Counted from the first letter of the stretch, positions 42,428 to 58,539 are shown. The stretch is DNA of 64,000 nt from the human T2T-CHM13v2.0 reference genome, Homo sapiens (GCF_009914755.1 NC_060926.1); one strand, 5' to 3'. Translations and numbers: made by a program. The notes: generated from the letters alone by a model not told the origin.

Positions 42428-43086
42428 CCTGATGAGGTTCTTATTCCAGCTATAGAAGAGCTGGGCTTGGAAGCTCCTCAGGCCAGACCCAGCAACATAG
42501 GTCTCTTATGTTGCAAGATTACAGTGCAGTGCATCTCTTGGTGTTCCTTCAGCCTCCCATGCTTCCCCCTGGCCTCTCAGGTCAGTTCACTTCAACATTT
42601 ATTTCCTGAATGCCTTCTGTGAATAAGGCATTTATGTAGTCACTGAGAATACAAAGATGAATACAACATAACTGTGCTCTCTTGCTACTCACAGCTTATA
42701 ATATGGTCAGTTCTTCAGAGGAAGAGGAAAATTTCATCTGGCCTCAAATCTCAGTGATCGCATTTGTGGGAACATAATGTCTGAAGTAAAGACTAAGTAG
42801 AAGTCTGACAAGCAAAAAAAGAAAAAAAGACAAAGACACTCCAAGCAAGAGAAACAACCTGAGCAGAAGCACCCAGGTATGACAGAAAACGTAGAGAGGA
42901 AAGGCTTCCAAAAGCAACAGAGATTCACAGGAAGCTCCACAGAAAAACGGGTGGTGCAAAAAATTAGGCAAGAGGGAAAATGGGGTTAGGCCATGTACCA
43001 ACATGTTCATCATTATACAGTGATTGGACTTGGAAAGGCAGAAGAGAAGCAAGAGCCAGCATCCTCATCTTATAAACAGAAAAGCT

Positions 43087-43407
<321 letters not shown>

Positions 43408-43752
43408 TTACCCAAGGTCACATCCTTACTCAGGAGCAGAGTTTAGGCAGTGTTCCAGGTCTTCTACTTCTAAATCCAACAATGTTCAGGGAGCTCTTCA
43501 TTATCTGATCCCTGTCTACCTACCACTTTCTATGGTGATACCCAGTTCCCAGCCTTGCTGTCCTTTTTCTCCTCTGGCACGTTTGTCTTCATATTTTGGG
43601 GCCTTTGCCTACACTTATCCCACTTAAAAGCCTTTCCCTCACTTAACCTTCTCAAATTCTGACCAAGAACTGATAACTTGCAACTCATGATTCAAGACCT
43701 TACTGAGGAGTCTGCTCCTTTAGAGTCCAGTGTGTGTCCTTCTAATACTCCT

Positions 43753-44113
43753 TGATATGGTTTGGCTCTGTGTCCCCATCCAAATCTCATCTCGAATTGT
43801 AATCCCCACATGTCTAGGGAGAGATCCAGTGGGAGGTGATTGGATCATGGGGGCAGTTTCCCCCATGCTGTTCTCATGATAGTGAGTGAATTCTCATGAG
43901 ATCTGGTGGTTTTATAAGGTGCTCTTCCCCCTTCACCACTCATTCTTCTCTCTCCTGCCACCTTGTGAAAAAGGACGTCTTTGCTTCCCCTTGTGCCATG
44001 AGTGTAAGTTTCCTGAGGCTTTCCCAGACACATGGAACTGAGTCAATTAAATTCTTTTATAAATTACTGAGTCTTGAGTATTTCTTTATGGCAGTGTGAG
44101 AGCGGGCTAATAC
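43753..44113 (+). mobile_element. MSTA/THE1D-type solo LTR
   Basis: tgatatggtttggctctgtgtcccc...ggctaataca. Confidence 0.9.
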
Positions 44114-45129
44114 AGTCCTTATCACATTTTGCTACTATTGTGTTTGGATTTGTCTCACCTTGTGAACCTGAGTGAGCTTCTTGAGGGACAGGTTCGGTGT
44201 TTTGCTCATCGTTAGCACAATACCTAGCATGCATGCAGCAGATACTCAGTAAATAATCGTTTACATTTAAATGACCATGAAAATGGGTGAATCTCATTTA
44301 GTAACTTTAAAAAGGGACTATTTGTTGTACAAATAACCTGTTGGCTACAAACTAAACCAATAATATAGCCAAGAAAGATGTTGGCTAGAATTGCAGCAAG
44401 TCATACGTATCGCTAAAATAAAATCCAAAGCAGCAACCTCGGAGAAGAAAGACATCATCTTGGAACTACTGGGCATGCAGCAGGTAAGTGGAACATCCTC
44501 TGTACCCTCCTTCCCTGCAGCTGTCACAGTGAGTCCATGTTTCCTTGACTTTTAATCAGAGCCACTATCCAATGTTAACAACACACATACAAAAGCAGCA
44601 GCTATTAATATAAGCAGAAGACAAGAGGGTTTTCTACTTTTCTCACTAAGGAAACCACATTTTGATAATTCTCCAGGTGGTTACAAAGAACAAACTCAAG
44701 CAAGAATGCTGGACTAAACTTAGTCCAAAAGGCTAATTGTGGAATGAGATGGACAAAAAGAACAAAGGTCAATGGAAGAGAATTCTCAGTAGATATAGAT
44801 TATTCAAATGTATAGTGCTTTTCATATTTCTCACTGAAGACTTAACACAAAAGAAATTAACAGGATCTATTTCTATTCTATGATTATGGAATTAGTACAG
44901 AAATAGTGACAAACTTCCATAGTGCATAAATCAAGAAAGATAAAAAGTATTTCTAATTCTTAATAGGAGCAAAGTCAAAAGGCCACAAGAAAAAAACTCA
45001 GCAGCAAGCCCCTTATTGCCTAGATTCACCAAAAAAAAAAAAGTACATACAGAAATTACCCTTTCTCCCTCTCCTGCCCTATGTGAAAACTGACTTGTGC
45101 TCTTCCCCTTAAGCATCTCTTTGCCTCTC

Positions 45130-45527
45130 GTTATAGGTTGAAGTCCTAACCCCCAACATCTCAGAATGTGGCTTTATTTGAAGAGAGGATTACCTTTGCA
45201 GAGGTAATCAAGTTAAAATGAGGTCAATATAGTGAGTCCTAATCCAGTATGGTTGATGTCCTCATGAAAAGGAGAAATTTGAAGACAGACACACCAAAGG
45301 AGAATGCCATGTGGAGACACAGGGAGAAGTTGGCAATCTACAAGCCAACGAGAATAGCCTGGAACAAATTCTTCCATCACACCCCTCAGAAGGAATCAAC
45401 CCTGACTGCACCTCCATTGCAGAGTTGTAGCCTCCAGAACTGTGAGACAATACATTTCTGTTGTTTAAGACGCTAAGTTTACGGAGTAAATTTCTGCTTG
45501 TTACAGCAGCCCCAGGAAACTATTACA
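45130..45527 (+). mobile_element. MLT1B-type solo LTR
   Basis: gttataggttgaagtcctaacccc...cctccagaactgtgagacaatacatttctgttgtttaag...aactattaca. Confidence 0.85.
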
Positions 45528-47201
45528 CTCCACCTCAGCATTTTCCTCCAGGCATCCCTCAACCCTGTTCTTCCAACATTTCCCAAGAAAGAAAGAAAAA
45601 AATATTACTTCACATATGTATATTATAAATCTTGCCATTTCATTTGCCTTCTTTTAACATCAGTGGGTAATCTTACCTCACAAAGTTAGATGTAATATGG
45701 AAAAACCTCTACAATTTTCAAACCCATAATAATCAAGTTCTATAATCACCAAAAAAGAAAAGTACAAAAGAAAACCAATGGTGAGAACTCTTATAAAGCA
45801 AGTACAAAGACAAAATTGGCTATGCACTATCATTAACAGAAGCTATCACGGCTCCTTTGTAATCTTAAGCAGCTATTCCATGATCTTTTCTCTCGCAATG
45901 ATGAACCGAACTTTTGATAAAATATTTGATCTCCTTTTAGCCAAAACTCTTCTTTATAAGCCCATTTAATATTCCAGAAGGATTTTCTTTCGTTTGAAGA
46001 AATATAAGTTTGACATTCTAAAGGCATTTGTATTTTAAAGCCTACAAAAAGATTTTTGGAGAGTACCTGGTGAAGTACCGACTTGCCCCTGTGGCTCAAA
46101 AGTTCAATTATTATAGACATTTCACTCAGAACAGCATTTCTGTCTTTTAACCTTCATCTAAATAAATGTTCATTTTTATAAAAATGTTCATTTTTCTTTC
46201 ACTATGATAGAGCTCAAGCCCTTGCAATATGTTTTAAAAGTTGTAGGAGATATACAATTATACTTTTTTCCTTTATTCATGGTTCTAAACAGTTGTCTAC
46301 ATCCCAAAATAAGATAAAACTTTGTTTCCTGCAGATCCAAGTTTCCCAAAAAGATATCAGTAAGAATAGATTGCAATTCTCTCAGAATGAGCATGTATCA
46401 GGCAAACATATCTCTTTTATTGTGTTTTTCTGCTGAAACACAAGAAATAGATACCCTAATTTTGGAAAGCTCACTCCTATAAAGACATTTCTAAACTGTG
46501 AGAAAATTAGCTCAACAATGAGGAATGAAACTCTCTTCCAAAAACATTTACACAATTTGCAAAGAGATGGCTAAAGCACATCTTAACGGGCAGATTGTGT
46601 TTGTTGTAGGTGGAAAGAGCTACAGAAAAGTGATTGAACATGACAAGACTCAGCTTTTAAAACCTGACTTCATTTGGCATCTAATAAAAAGAATCATGCT
46701 TACTTAATTCATGGCATTTTTCCCATATGAGAAACAGTAAAATTCAAATGAAGCAAAAAGAATAAAGTTGACAAAGATACAGTTTGAAAATGTGGCTGAA
46801 AACAAACCAAAGGTAAAATGACCTTGACTACCGTAATAGTCAGGGTTCTTTGTACCTAACAGAAACTGACTCTACCTAACTTAAGCAGAAAGAGAATTTA
46901 CAGGAAGAATATGGTGGAGCTCAAAGAATAAAATAGCCAGAAAGGACAGGAGCAGAATATCTCTAGCAATCTAGGTAGCAAGAACTAATGGGCATTCTGC
47001 CTGGACACTATCATTGGGTAAATCCACTTTAACTGCTTTTCCATCTAAATTAAGTCTAGGAAAAATCTGATTAGCCTACCTTGGTTACTCACCTAGAAGA
47101 GTTGAGAACCCTTTGACCAAGGTTGCTTGTAATGTGAGAAAGAGAAATTGAGAAGTGTTTAAGAGGAGAAGGAGAAATGGATGTTGGGTTGCATAAGTAA
47201 G

Positions 47202-47232
<31 letters not shown>

Positions 47233-47421
47233 ACATCCTCTTTAAGTAAGCTCATATCACAGTATAATACATACTCTACGTATTTTTGGAGAGAAAGTTT
47301 TTAAAACTTGCATTTCACTTAGCAATGACTTTATATAAAAGGCCTGGTGAACTTTTTAAAATGTTTATTAAAACTACAATTAACCTAAGTAAAAGTTTTT
47401 GACACACTAAAAAACAGTTAC

Positions 47422-47998
<577 letters not shown>

Positions 47999-49112
47999 AC
48001 TTCAACTGTGCAGACATTTCTTATAAAAATTCATTCTCAATTTTGCCTATTTTAGCTAAACTTTTGCAAATACTACCTGATCAGAAAGTCTACATCTAAT
48101 TTATGATTTTGAGCTTGGAAATTAGGCAGCATGAATTAGGCAGAAAAAATAAATTTGAAAAATTGTACAGCTCAGATTCTGAGGTTGATTTAGGAACTAC
48201 TATTCAAGCCACAAGATAAAGATTTTGCAGTTAATTACTAAAACATTTAATACTTCTGGGCATGAATAAAAGTATAAAAATGTAGTACTGATCTAATATT
48301 TTCAAAAACATACTAAAGGCACCATTCAATGGAGCAGACATTTAACAATAATCTTCTGCCAAATTCTGGGGCTGGAAAGATGAATAAGACATAGGTGCTC
48401 CCCCCCTTCCAGTCACTCAAAATTTAGAAGCCTTGTAATATATAATTGTAATTTTATATGGGAAGCAATAAAAGAATTACGTACATGATGCTGAAATAGT
48501 ATATAGAAGGAACGGCTTCTTAGGAGATGGATGTTTGATTGACTTTGAAAGATGAAAAGGTAATCAGAGTGGAAAAGACTTGCCAACCAAGAAAACAAAT
48601 AATAAAGGCCTTGAAATAGTAGGAAACATGGAGAGATATAGGAAAGGCAATAAATGTGCTATTGCTAGAGCATGACTTTGAAGTGACTACAGAACTAGTA
48701 GCTAGACTCAGGGCCATATCAAAAATGCTTTTTATGCTATAATAAGGAATTTTAACTTAATCTTACAGGTCAGCATTTCCTAAGCTATCTACCCTAAGAA
48801 CAAAAAGCTCCTTTGAAGAATTTCTATAAATGTTCATGCTCAACCCAATAAGCCTGAGAAATACTGCATACTAAAATTCTACGTAGTAGACATTACAGGT
48901 GAGGGCCAACATCTATTTCACCACCTTTTCAATAAAGTTTCATTGCAGCTTGAGGAACTGATTCCATCTGCAGAGAAGGGCCCTGATGAGTCTAAGCAAA
49001 TACAATATGTCTCCCTTGCCCAAGATTGATTAAGGAACTGTGACCTAGGCCAATCAGCACAGGACATTCTCCTGGTGACAGTTACTGGTCCAGAGTTGGA
49101 CCTAAACTATTA

Positions 49113-49483
49113 CAGTTGACCCTGAAACAACATGGAAGTTAGAAGCATCAACCCTACACACAGACAGAAATCTGCATAGTACTTTTGTCTTCCCAAAAAC
49201 ATAACTGCTAACAGTCTACTGCTGACCAGAAGCCTTGCCAATAATACTAAGAAACTGTTATTTTTAAAAATCATAGAGAAGAAAAAATACATCTACTACA
49301 CATTAAGTGTAAGTGGATCATCATAAAGCTCTTCGTCCTCATCATCTTCATGTTGAGTAGGCTGATGGGAAAATAGAAAGGGAAGGGATCTGTCTTGCTG
49401 TCTCAGAGGTGGCAGACTGGGGAGGAAATTCAAGTATAAATGAATTCAAGCAGTTCGAACCTGTGTTGTTCAAGGGTCAATTG
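49113..49483. mobile_element. Tigger2a/MER8-type MITE inserted in an MLT1 LTR
   Basis: TIRs ta|cagttgaccctgaaacaaca ... tgttgttcaagggtcaattg|ta. Confidence 0.85.
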
Positions 49484-49812
49484 TACATCAGACTGAACAG
49501 AAGTACTATTGTTCCATGATTGTAGAAAAACACTCTCTTTCTCTCCCAGAAGGCTTAAGTGAGAATAAATACAGCTTAAATGCTATAGGAAATGGGCAAT
49601 GATCCTATGACTACAAGAACCAACCTCAGGATGATATAAGGGTGGATGGCAGAGCAAAAGGTGAAAGAACCAGTCTTTGATGCCATCATTGAATTGCTGG
49701 ATCTAAAGAGAAGAATAAGACCTCATTTATGATGTCAACAGGGTCATTCATTCTTACAGGGAAGAAGGCACATATACAGTAATTTCAAAACACTTTAAAA
49801 AGTACTATAGTA

Positions 49813-50125
49813 GGCCAGGCAAAGTGTCCCACACATGTAATCCCAGCACTTTAGGGGCCAAGGTAAGAGGATCACTTGAGCCCAGGAGTTCAAGATCAGC
49901 CTGGGCAACATAGTAAGATCCCATCTCTACAAAAATAAAAATTAATTAGCAGGGTGTGGTGGCATGCCTGTAGTCCTAGCTACTTGGGAGGCTAAGGTGG
50001 GAGGATCACGTGGCTGGGAGGTCAAGGCTGCAGTGAGCCGTGATCACAACACTATACTCTAACCTGGGCGACAGACCAAAATTGTGTCTCAAAAAGAAAT
50101 TAAAAAATAAAAATAAAATAAATGA
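49813..50125 (+). mobile_element. AluJ
   Basis: TSD aaaagtactatagta on both sides. Confidence 0.92.
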
Positions 50126-52662
50126 AAAGTACTATAGTAAATTTTAGTACAGAAATGAAAAAACAAAGAAGAAGAGACTGACTCTCCTCTTTGTTTTTTG
50201 GCTCTCCTCTTCTTTCTAGTCAAGGCCAGAAAAAGCTTTACATGCGTTTCACCTAAATCTTGAGTAATGTACAGGAGTCCACAGTCTACAAGTTCAATTT
50301 GTTTTCATACACTGATATATTTAGCATTTTATATTATAGCCAAGTGGTCATAAAATTATGAAAAGTAAAATCATTTTTAAATGGAGGTGCTGACAAGTTG
50401 CATATGAATTTAAAATGCATTAAACATAGTTTATGATTTAGTCTCATTATACATAGTAGGATTGAAAAGGGAGTTTTTTAGATCTAACAGTCTAAGAAGA
50501 CATAAAACACCTAGAATAAAATAAAGATTTGGAACTACTCATGCATATTTTTTTCTGCATTTTAAACAACATACTGTCATTGTAAAAATCATGTGATTTT
50601 ATCTCCTATTTTTTCAGTTTTGCATTTATATTTTATTTTACAGATACCATTCTATACAGTGGAATTTCACTATTTGCCTGAGTTTAATGCCATTTCTCAA
50701 ATACCAATAGCCAATCATGATACAATTTAAATTGCTTGAAAAGGATTTTGTGATGGGCAATATAAAAGGCCATGACTGGGATCCTTTGAATATGTAGTCG
50801 AACTTTTTAGTTCTCATTAATACAGTAAGCCTTGTAATCACTGTTCAGCGAACTATACCTTTAATGTTGAGTTATCTTCCCATAAGTAAAATGTCAATTG
50901 TGCCATAAATGCCATTTGACTTGGGTTTTGTTTCTGCTTAAAAAAAGGGTATACAAATTATAATTGATGATATCATTTATTGCCTGAAAACACCAAACCT
51001 AGCAAGCTTTGTTTCCCCACCTAATGATTTAAGTGTGCTCTTACCCAGAAACATTCTGAAGAGTTTCTCACCACATAATAAAACAAAGTGTTATATTATC
51101 CTTATGACTTGTCAAAACCGAGGAATCGGAAAGAGACAGCCTGAAAAGGAAAACCACATCAAAGTTGTTTTACTTCCAGGAAAATGATTTGATCATTTAA
51201 AAATTTTAAAACTATTTTTCATATTTAATTGAATTTTTTAACCTAAGTTGTTGGAGATTGAAACATTCTCATCTATTTTATCTTAGCAAAATGAAGATAA
51301 ATGTAAAAATGCCATGTGCATTCTTTATTTAAAATGACTCTTCTTTGTGGAATAGAGGCTTTAGACATAAAGTTCTTCATCTGTAGCAATATTTTGACTA
51401 TCTTTATGCTGGAATCTTTATCCTGACAGTTGTGCAGCTGTACAGGTTTGCAGCTTTCTGAGCTAAACTCAAGAGGCTCTGAGTCCATGCCAGCTGTCTT
51501 TCAATTTCACATCAACTCTCTTGGTGCTTTGTCAGTTTAAAGCTTTTGCAAAGTTTGCAGGGCCTGAATTCATTAGATAAGGGAAATGAGTCATCTAAAT
51601 CTTACCCAACCTCAACTGCCATAGACACTCACTATTGTAAATTTCCTTCAAGATTGAATTGGAAAATAGACCCCATGGGTTTTTGTCAGTGTTGGTATTT
51701 GATGATACCCTTGTAACAGCAGCTGCTGAAGCTGTGTGTACCTCAATAAATTCTATTTTAAATTCCCTTTCCTTCATATTTTATATATAAAATTGGAAGG
51801 CAACGGCTGCAATAATAAGGGCAAAAAGGTCATTTAAAGTTCAGTTCACCAGGCACATGATAGGCAACTCATCACAAAGGCACTTTTTAAAAATAATTAT
51901 GGTTATTAGAAACAAAATCCATCTTGTTTTTAAAGAATTCTGCAGCATCTTAAAACAGGTAAGAAACAGATTGTCAGGGATAGTTAAGTTGGAACACAAA
52001 GCTTCAACAAACACAAGGATTTGACAATTCCTCTGGGAGTGAGGAGCAGCCTTATTATCACAAGCCATCACATTGATCTGTATTTTGGTACAGGAGGATC
52101 TTAGATCTGCAGAGACCCAGCCCTTACCACATGTTATTAGAAATATTTAAGTGCATGCCTGTATTTTAAACTGAAAGGGGGAAAAAAAACAATACTACAT
52201 GGAACAGAAAAAAAGTATCGATAACATTCTGTAAGACTATAAATAAATGAGTGCTTCATCCCACAAAGATTAAAATCTGTATAAATTTTGCCTTCTGGAA
52301 GTACTTTCCAAGACATTGAGGAAAGAAAACATGAAGTATCAAAACAGGAGAAATGACAGAGAAATAGAAATCGCCTGCAGTAGAATTTCAGGTTATGTTA
52401 ACCAAATGACATTTATTGCCCATTGCTTTTCTACAACTAAGTCATTACAGCACAGTGTGACCTAAAGCATGGTCTTCAGAATTAGAAAGAGCCACTTAGA
52501 ATGTATATGATCTTGGGGAGTCTATTCTTACTTTCTGAGCCTTAGTTGCCTTGTTTGCAAAATGGGGATACTATCCAATTCATGATGCCATGAAAAATAC
52601 TGCATGTCAAGTATCTGGCATATAGTTTATGAGCAAAAAAATGCTAACTATTAATTTTTAAT

Positions 52663-52948
<286 letters not shown>

Positions 52949-53185
52949 TTAATGGATGCCATAGTGTAAAAACTTTGTAACTGTATTGTTGCTGTCTCAA
53001 TTTATAACCCAGAGTAATTATTAAACCTATTCCTGGGAAATTTGGGGAAACTAGAGTGTCTATTGAAGTTCTCTTTGTGTATACCACTCATTGCCCTCTT
53101 GTGATGGGGAAGGAAAATACATGTAATGAAGAATTTAAGACATCTAACCAGTCAACTAGATACTTACTAGAGAGGCCCACAAGCT

Positions 53186-53393
53186 CTAATAATGCTGTCC
53201 AATAGTGCTTTCTCCAATGATGGAAATGTTCCATATCTGCACCATCAAATATGATAATGACTACATACTTGTGACTACTGAGCATGTGAAATGTGACTAG
53301 TGCCAACTGAGTAAACAAATTTTTATTTTATTTCAAATAATTCAAACATAAATAGCCATATGTGGCTAACACTGTCATATTGTGTAGCACATC
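53186..53393. mobile_element. MER3/MER33-type hAT MITE
   Basis: gctgtccaatag...aaatgtgactagtg...aatagccatatgtggcta. Confidence 0.75.
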
Positions 53394-53613
53394 TCTGATT
53401 GACACTTTCATTAGAACTTCTTAGGGAACATAAGAGAAAAGTAGATCTGAGTGAATAAAAATTCAGTAAAGATATCAAAAGGCCTGTTCCCTTAATGCAA
53501 TCCCTGGATCTTTAGAAACATGTTACTTACTGAGCTGTGATGCATCAAAACTTCTAATGGAATCAGCAGGGGCTTTGCCAAGTAATATGAGAGAAGTGAT
53601 GAGCTACTCAGAT

Positions 53614-53682
53614 AGTTCTGCCAAAGTGCGGTGGAGAGCTCTGCCCAAGTGTGGTGGAGAGCTCTGCCCAAATATGGCAGAG
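53614..53682. repeat. 23-bp tandem repeat, 3 copies
   Basis: agttctgccaaagtgcggtggag / agctctgcccaagtgtggtggag / agctctgcccaaatatggcagag. Confidence 0.9.
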
Positions 53683-53994
53683 ACAACTGTCAGCTGCTTG
53701 ATAAGATGAAAAATAGCAGGACTCTTTAGAACTGCCATTGTCATAAGCTTTCCAAAGAGGTATCCCTGAAAGAACCCAATGCCGACAGGAGCCACCTCCA
53801 GCAGAATCAATGCTTGACAATAAACAAGGAGTCATTGTTAGGGTTGGTTTGCAAAGACACAGTCACATCTTGGAAATCCTCGTCTCCTCTACTTTCAGTT
53901 GGACGTTATCCTTGTAGAAAAAGGATATGTGACCTAACATATGTTAGGATGTAAACTAACATATTCATAGGTTCTAGACACTAGGACAGCTTTA

Positions 53995-56620
53995 AGGGGC
54001 CATTATTCTGCCTAACCCTCACATACACACACAGTCCTACTGTAACAAGCAGACAGGATGATGTTTTGAGTCCCCAGGGAACAATGTCAGCTTAGACCCT
54101 ATTTCCAACAATTAACAAAATATTTGAGTACTCCCCTTTCCAAAATATATGATTATCCAAGTAAATGGTCATAGGTCCCTTTGAGTAAGGAATGATGAAA
54201 GTGTTACTCCTTATATGTGCTATATTGCAGGATACTTCTTCCTAAGAATTTGACCTCCTTTCAGTCAATGGGTTCTGGATCTAAGAACTGGCTCAGGTCT
54301 GTCAACTGAACAAAAGATTATGACATTAAATTGCAGTGGCTGCTCTTAGCTTCCTAATCATTAATACTTGATTTCTTTTGGTTGTATAGATTGTAAAATA
54401 CCATTGTTGACTACCCATCTGTTTTGCCCTTGGGAACATCATACTCTATCTCCACAGCTCACTCTGGGTCAGACATGCTTGGCTTCCACTCTGACCTTTG
54501 ATTGTTACAACAATTGTATTCACCTTGCTTCTGATAGTTAAGTGCACGACCTGACTTCCGTTATTTCAGGATTATTTCATGCTCTTTACTCTTCATGATC
54601 CCACTTCTATAATATCTTCTACTGTCAGCCCTGGCCTACAGAGGAGTGCCACCACTGAACTCAAAACAAAGCTAGCCATTCTGATTACTGCAGTTCACAT
54701 CACTATGGCTAATAGTTTCTTTTTTTTTTTCTTCCAGCAAGTTAAAGATGTCACCCCATTGGGTTTTTTTTGTTTTGCATATTTTCTAGATAAGAATTGT
54801 GATTTATTGTATTTGTTCTTCCCTATGTAATTTGTCTTTTTTTCTTTGACTGTTTTCAAGACTTCCTCTTTGTCAGACTACTTCCAGCAGATTGAATATG
54901 ATATGCCTAGAGATGCGTGTGTGTGTGTGTGTGTGCGTGCATGTGTGATTTTAATCATGCTTGGTATTCTTTGGTTTTGGTGTCTAATTGAATCTTTGCT
55001 TTAGTGTCTGTCATTAATTTTAGAAAATTATCAACTGTTGTGTGGTTGTTGTGGTGGTGGTTGTTGTTATAAGGGTGGAAGCATGCTCTTTTCAAGTTTT
55101 TGTTTTGTTATGTTTTGTTTTCGACAGGGTCTCACCCTGTCGCCCAGGCTGAGTACGGTGGCATGATCACAGCTCACTGCAGTCTCAACCTCTGGGGCTC
55201 AGATGATCCTCCCACCTCAGCCTTCTGGGTATCTGGGACTACAGTCACGTGCCACCACACCAGGCTAATTTTTGTGTTTTTAGTAGGGACGAGGTCTCAC
55301 TATGCTGCCCAGGCTGGTCTTGAAGTCCTGGGCTCAAGCAATCCGCCCACCTCAACATCCCAAAGTGCTAGGATTACAGGTGTGAGCCACCACACCTGGC
55401 CCTTTTCAGCTTTTTATATGCTAAGCAGAATCCAAAATCCCCTTAGTACTTTGACAAGTAAATTCTGTCCACTCCACAGAACATAGTCAGCTGGTGGGTG
55501 GTCTAGCCTTACATAGTATATCCATTCTAAAATTCTCTGAGCTTTCTGATTGTTTTTTCTGTGGAAGTTATGGCATTTTTACTTTTTTGCAATGTGGACC
55601 ATAACATTTTCCAAGTTTCTAAGCTCCAACGCAGAATGCTATTTCACCATCTCTTAAGGTCTTTTCAGTGTTAAACCCTGTATCATGATACAGTGATCTC
55701 CTATCAGTAAACTCTCCCTTATTCAACTTTCTCTTTTGAATCAGCACCCTTAGAATCCAGTCCCGTATAGACTCTTCAGTCCCTGCTAGTGTATGTTTGC
55801 TAGGTCCTGCAACTCCTTCCATCCCTTTGCTTGCTTACCAGGCTCAGCACTTCCCCAGACATTTCATGTTGTAATTTGACCCCTTGCTATTTGTCAGGAA
55901 ATATAGGAAGGAAGGTAAGGGTATATTCTGGAGGGGATGGGGGGGTTGGTGTAGACACTTTTTTTGCAAGGAAGAAACCTCTCTCTACATTGTCTATAAG
56001 CAACCACACCTCTCTACAATGTCTAAAAGAAGGAGAAAGTCAAAGGTTTAGGAAAACATAAGAATTTTAGATTTTCAAGTGTATTGACCCAGATGTTCCT
56101 GTCAGTAATCGCACTCCTTTACAAACAGGGCTGTGGATTCTGTAAATGGACCTACCATGATTGAAAATTCAACTTTCTTTGGAGCTCTGACACAACTATA
56201 ATTAAGCCCTGAGTTTAATCTTCAGCCTCTTCTGACCTCTGGCAGTAAATTAGAGTTTATGCTTCCAAAGAGGCCCTCTGGTTTTACCCTTCACCTTATA
56301 ATGGTAAAAAATCATCCTTCCCTTTTTATTCTTTTCCTGTAATGCATTGATCCACCCCAGGGAGAGCCATCTCATTCAATAGTCTATAAATTATGATTTC
56401 ACCTGAACCTCTCAAACACCTGACCTGTCATACCTGCCAGTGTTTTTCTTTTCAGCAGTATTCGATTACTTTTTATCACTCATGAAAGTTTTAAAAATTA
56501 CAATGAAAATTCATGCCAGGCTCTATTAGTGCTCCAACTACCAACAGTGATGGTAAACCAATTCTTAAGTCTCATTTTAGAATCTGCTTCCTAGGACCCA
56601 TGTTATTACTATATTATGGG
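53995..56620 (-). mobile_element. Decayed MaLR (MLT1) internal sequence, interrupted by an L1M fragment and an AluJ (55095-55401)
   Basis: ggggccattattctgcct LTR end, tcaatgggttctggatctaagaactggctcaggtc, and gaatctgcttcctaggacc 5' internal end. Confidence 0.6.
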
Positions 56621-57784
56621 CAGAATTTGCTGAAGGTTGGTCATTATTGGATTATTCCAACTTGCATCGTTGCTAAAAATATATAATTTATTGAACGTCA
56701 CTAAGTGCTAGAGATGATGGTAAATGCTTTGCATATATCAGCTCTTTAATTCTTTCAAGAATACAAGACAATTAATATTATTTTAGCTAAAGCTTAGAGA
56801 AATTAAGTCCTTTGTCCAAGTCCTCACTGTTTGTAAATAACAGCTTCTGGGGTGATCTGTCCTCAAAATTAACGCCCCCCAAATACTGTGCCAGAGGGCC
56901 TTGTTAGAATAAAATAAACTACATGATACTATTAAGTTTCTGTAATCTAAAATCTTTGTATTCTGAAAATATATTATTACTTTTACTGATGCTCAAGCCT
57001 TGATGTCTTTCTGCCCAGGCACATACCTGGGATAGATTCCAAGATGCACTAAAATATCATCCAGATATAAGATAAGTTCTGTTTAAAAAAAAAAATACTT
57101 AATGTATTTAATAGTACTAGGAAAAGAGGATGGATGGATTAAGAACATCAAAAAAGTTTTTAGAATCCACTCATTAAAAACCATAATTGAGGAGGGAAAG
57201 AAAGAAGGGACCACACAAACACTCAGCCCAGGTGGTTAACTTTATCTCTGTCTCCGCAGCCCAGGAAAAAGTAGTCAAACCAAGTCAACAAGAATGCATT
57301 TCTCATGATGAAATATGTTGTTACAGACTCTGTAACATTTGGCTCTATTTTTCAGGAGAGCTAGCAAAAATTTTAGCCAACCACTATACAGGTAAAAAAT
57401 AAGCAAAAGAAGATAAAAATACATGCTGCAAGTACTTCCAAACAACAAAACAGCTGAAAAAGTCAAGTAAAATTGATTTTTATTCAAATTGGGTTTACCC
57501 CTGTAAGGAGACTGTTGTCTCCTCTATTACAGACTGCATAGACATGCAAGCCAATGGTTTTAATTAGATTGGTGTGGTACACAGGCTGACTTCCGTATCA
57601 GATCAGTCAGCTGATACCTGGTCCAGCCCAGTTATTACAAAATAGGTAGGCAGATATTATAGATTTCCTGAACAGGTCAAAAATTTCTTCTGCCCCTATA
57701 AATGCTCCTCTGGGAAATTAAGTAAAGCAGTTACTTTCATGTGGGAACAACATGTGTGTTCTCTTTCAGTATCAGAAGCCTTTA

Positions 57785-58539
57785 TGAGAGGTGAAGCCAG
57801 CTGGACTTCCTGGGTTGAGTGGGAACTTGGAGAACTTTTCTGTCTGGCTAGATGATTGTAAATACACCCATCAGCACTCTGTAAAAACGCACTAATCACC
57901 GCTCTGTGTCTAGCTAAAGGATTGTAAATGCACCTACCAACACTCTGTAAAAACGCTCCAATCAGCGCTCTGTGTCTAGCTAAAGGATTGTAAACACACC
58001 AATCAGCACTCTGTAAAACTGACGAATCAGCTCTCTGTAAAATGGATCAATCAGCAGGATGTGGGCAGGGGCAAATAAGGGAATAAAAGCTGGTCACTCC
58101 AGCCAGCAGTGGCAACCCGCTGGGGTCCCCTTCCATGCTGTGGAAGCTTTGTTATTTCGCACTTCACAATAAATCTTGCTGCTGCTCACTCTTTGGGCCC
58201 GCACTACCTTTATGAGCTGTAACACTCACCACGAGGGTCTGCGTCTTCATTCCTGAAGTCAGCAAGACCATGAACCCACCGAGAAGAATAAAGAACTCCG
58301 GGTGTGCCACCTTTAAGAGCTGTAACACTCACTGCGAAGGTCTGTGGCTTCACTCCTGAAGTCAGCAAGACCATGAACCCACCGGAAGGAAGAAACTCCA
58401 GACACATCTGAACATCTGAAGGAACAAACTCCGGACACACCATCTTTAAGAACTGTAACACTCACTGTGAGGGTCTGCGGCTTCATTCTTGAAGTCAGTG
58501 AGACCAAGAACCCGTCGGAAGGAATAAATTCCGGACACA
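57785..58539 (+). mobile_element. LTR12 (ERV9) solo LTR
   Basis: tgagaggtgaagccagctggacttcctggg start, repeated ccaatcagcactctgtaaaa units, TATA-like aataaaa at 58082, U5 repeats, ends ccggacaca; TSD ttta. Confidence 0.95.

Noticed and set aside
57356-57391. 36-nt plus-strand exon-like segment (GELAKILANHYT)
   Set aside because: Weak donor (GTAAAA), no recognisable homologue, likely pseudo-exon
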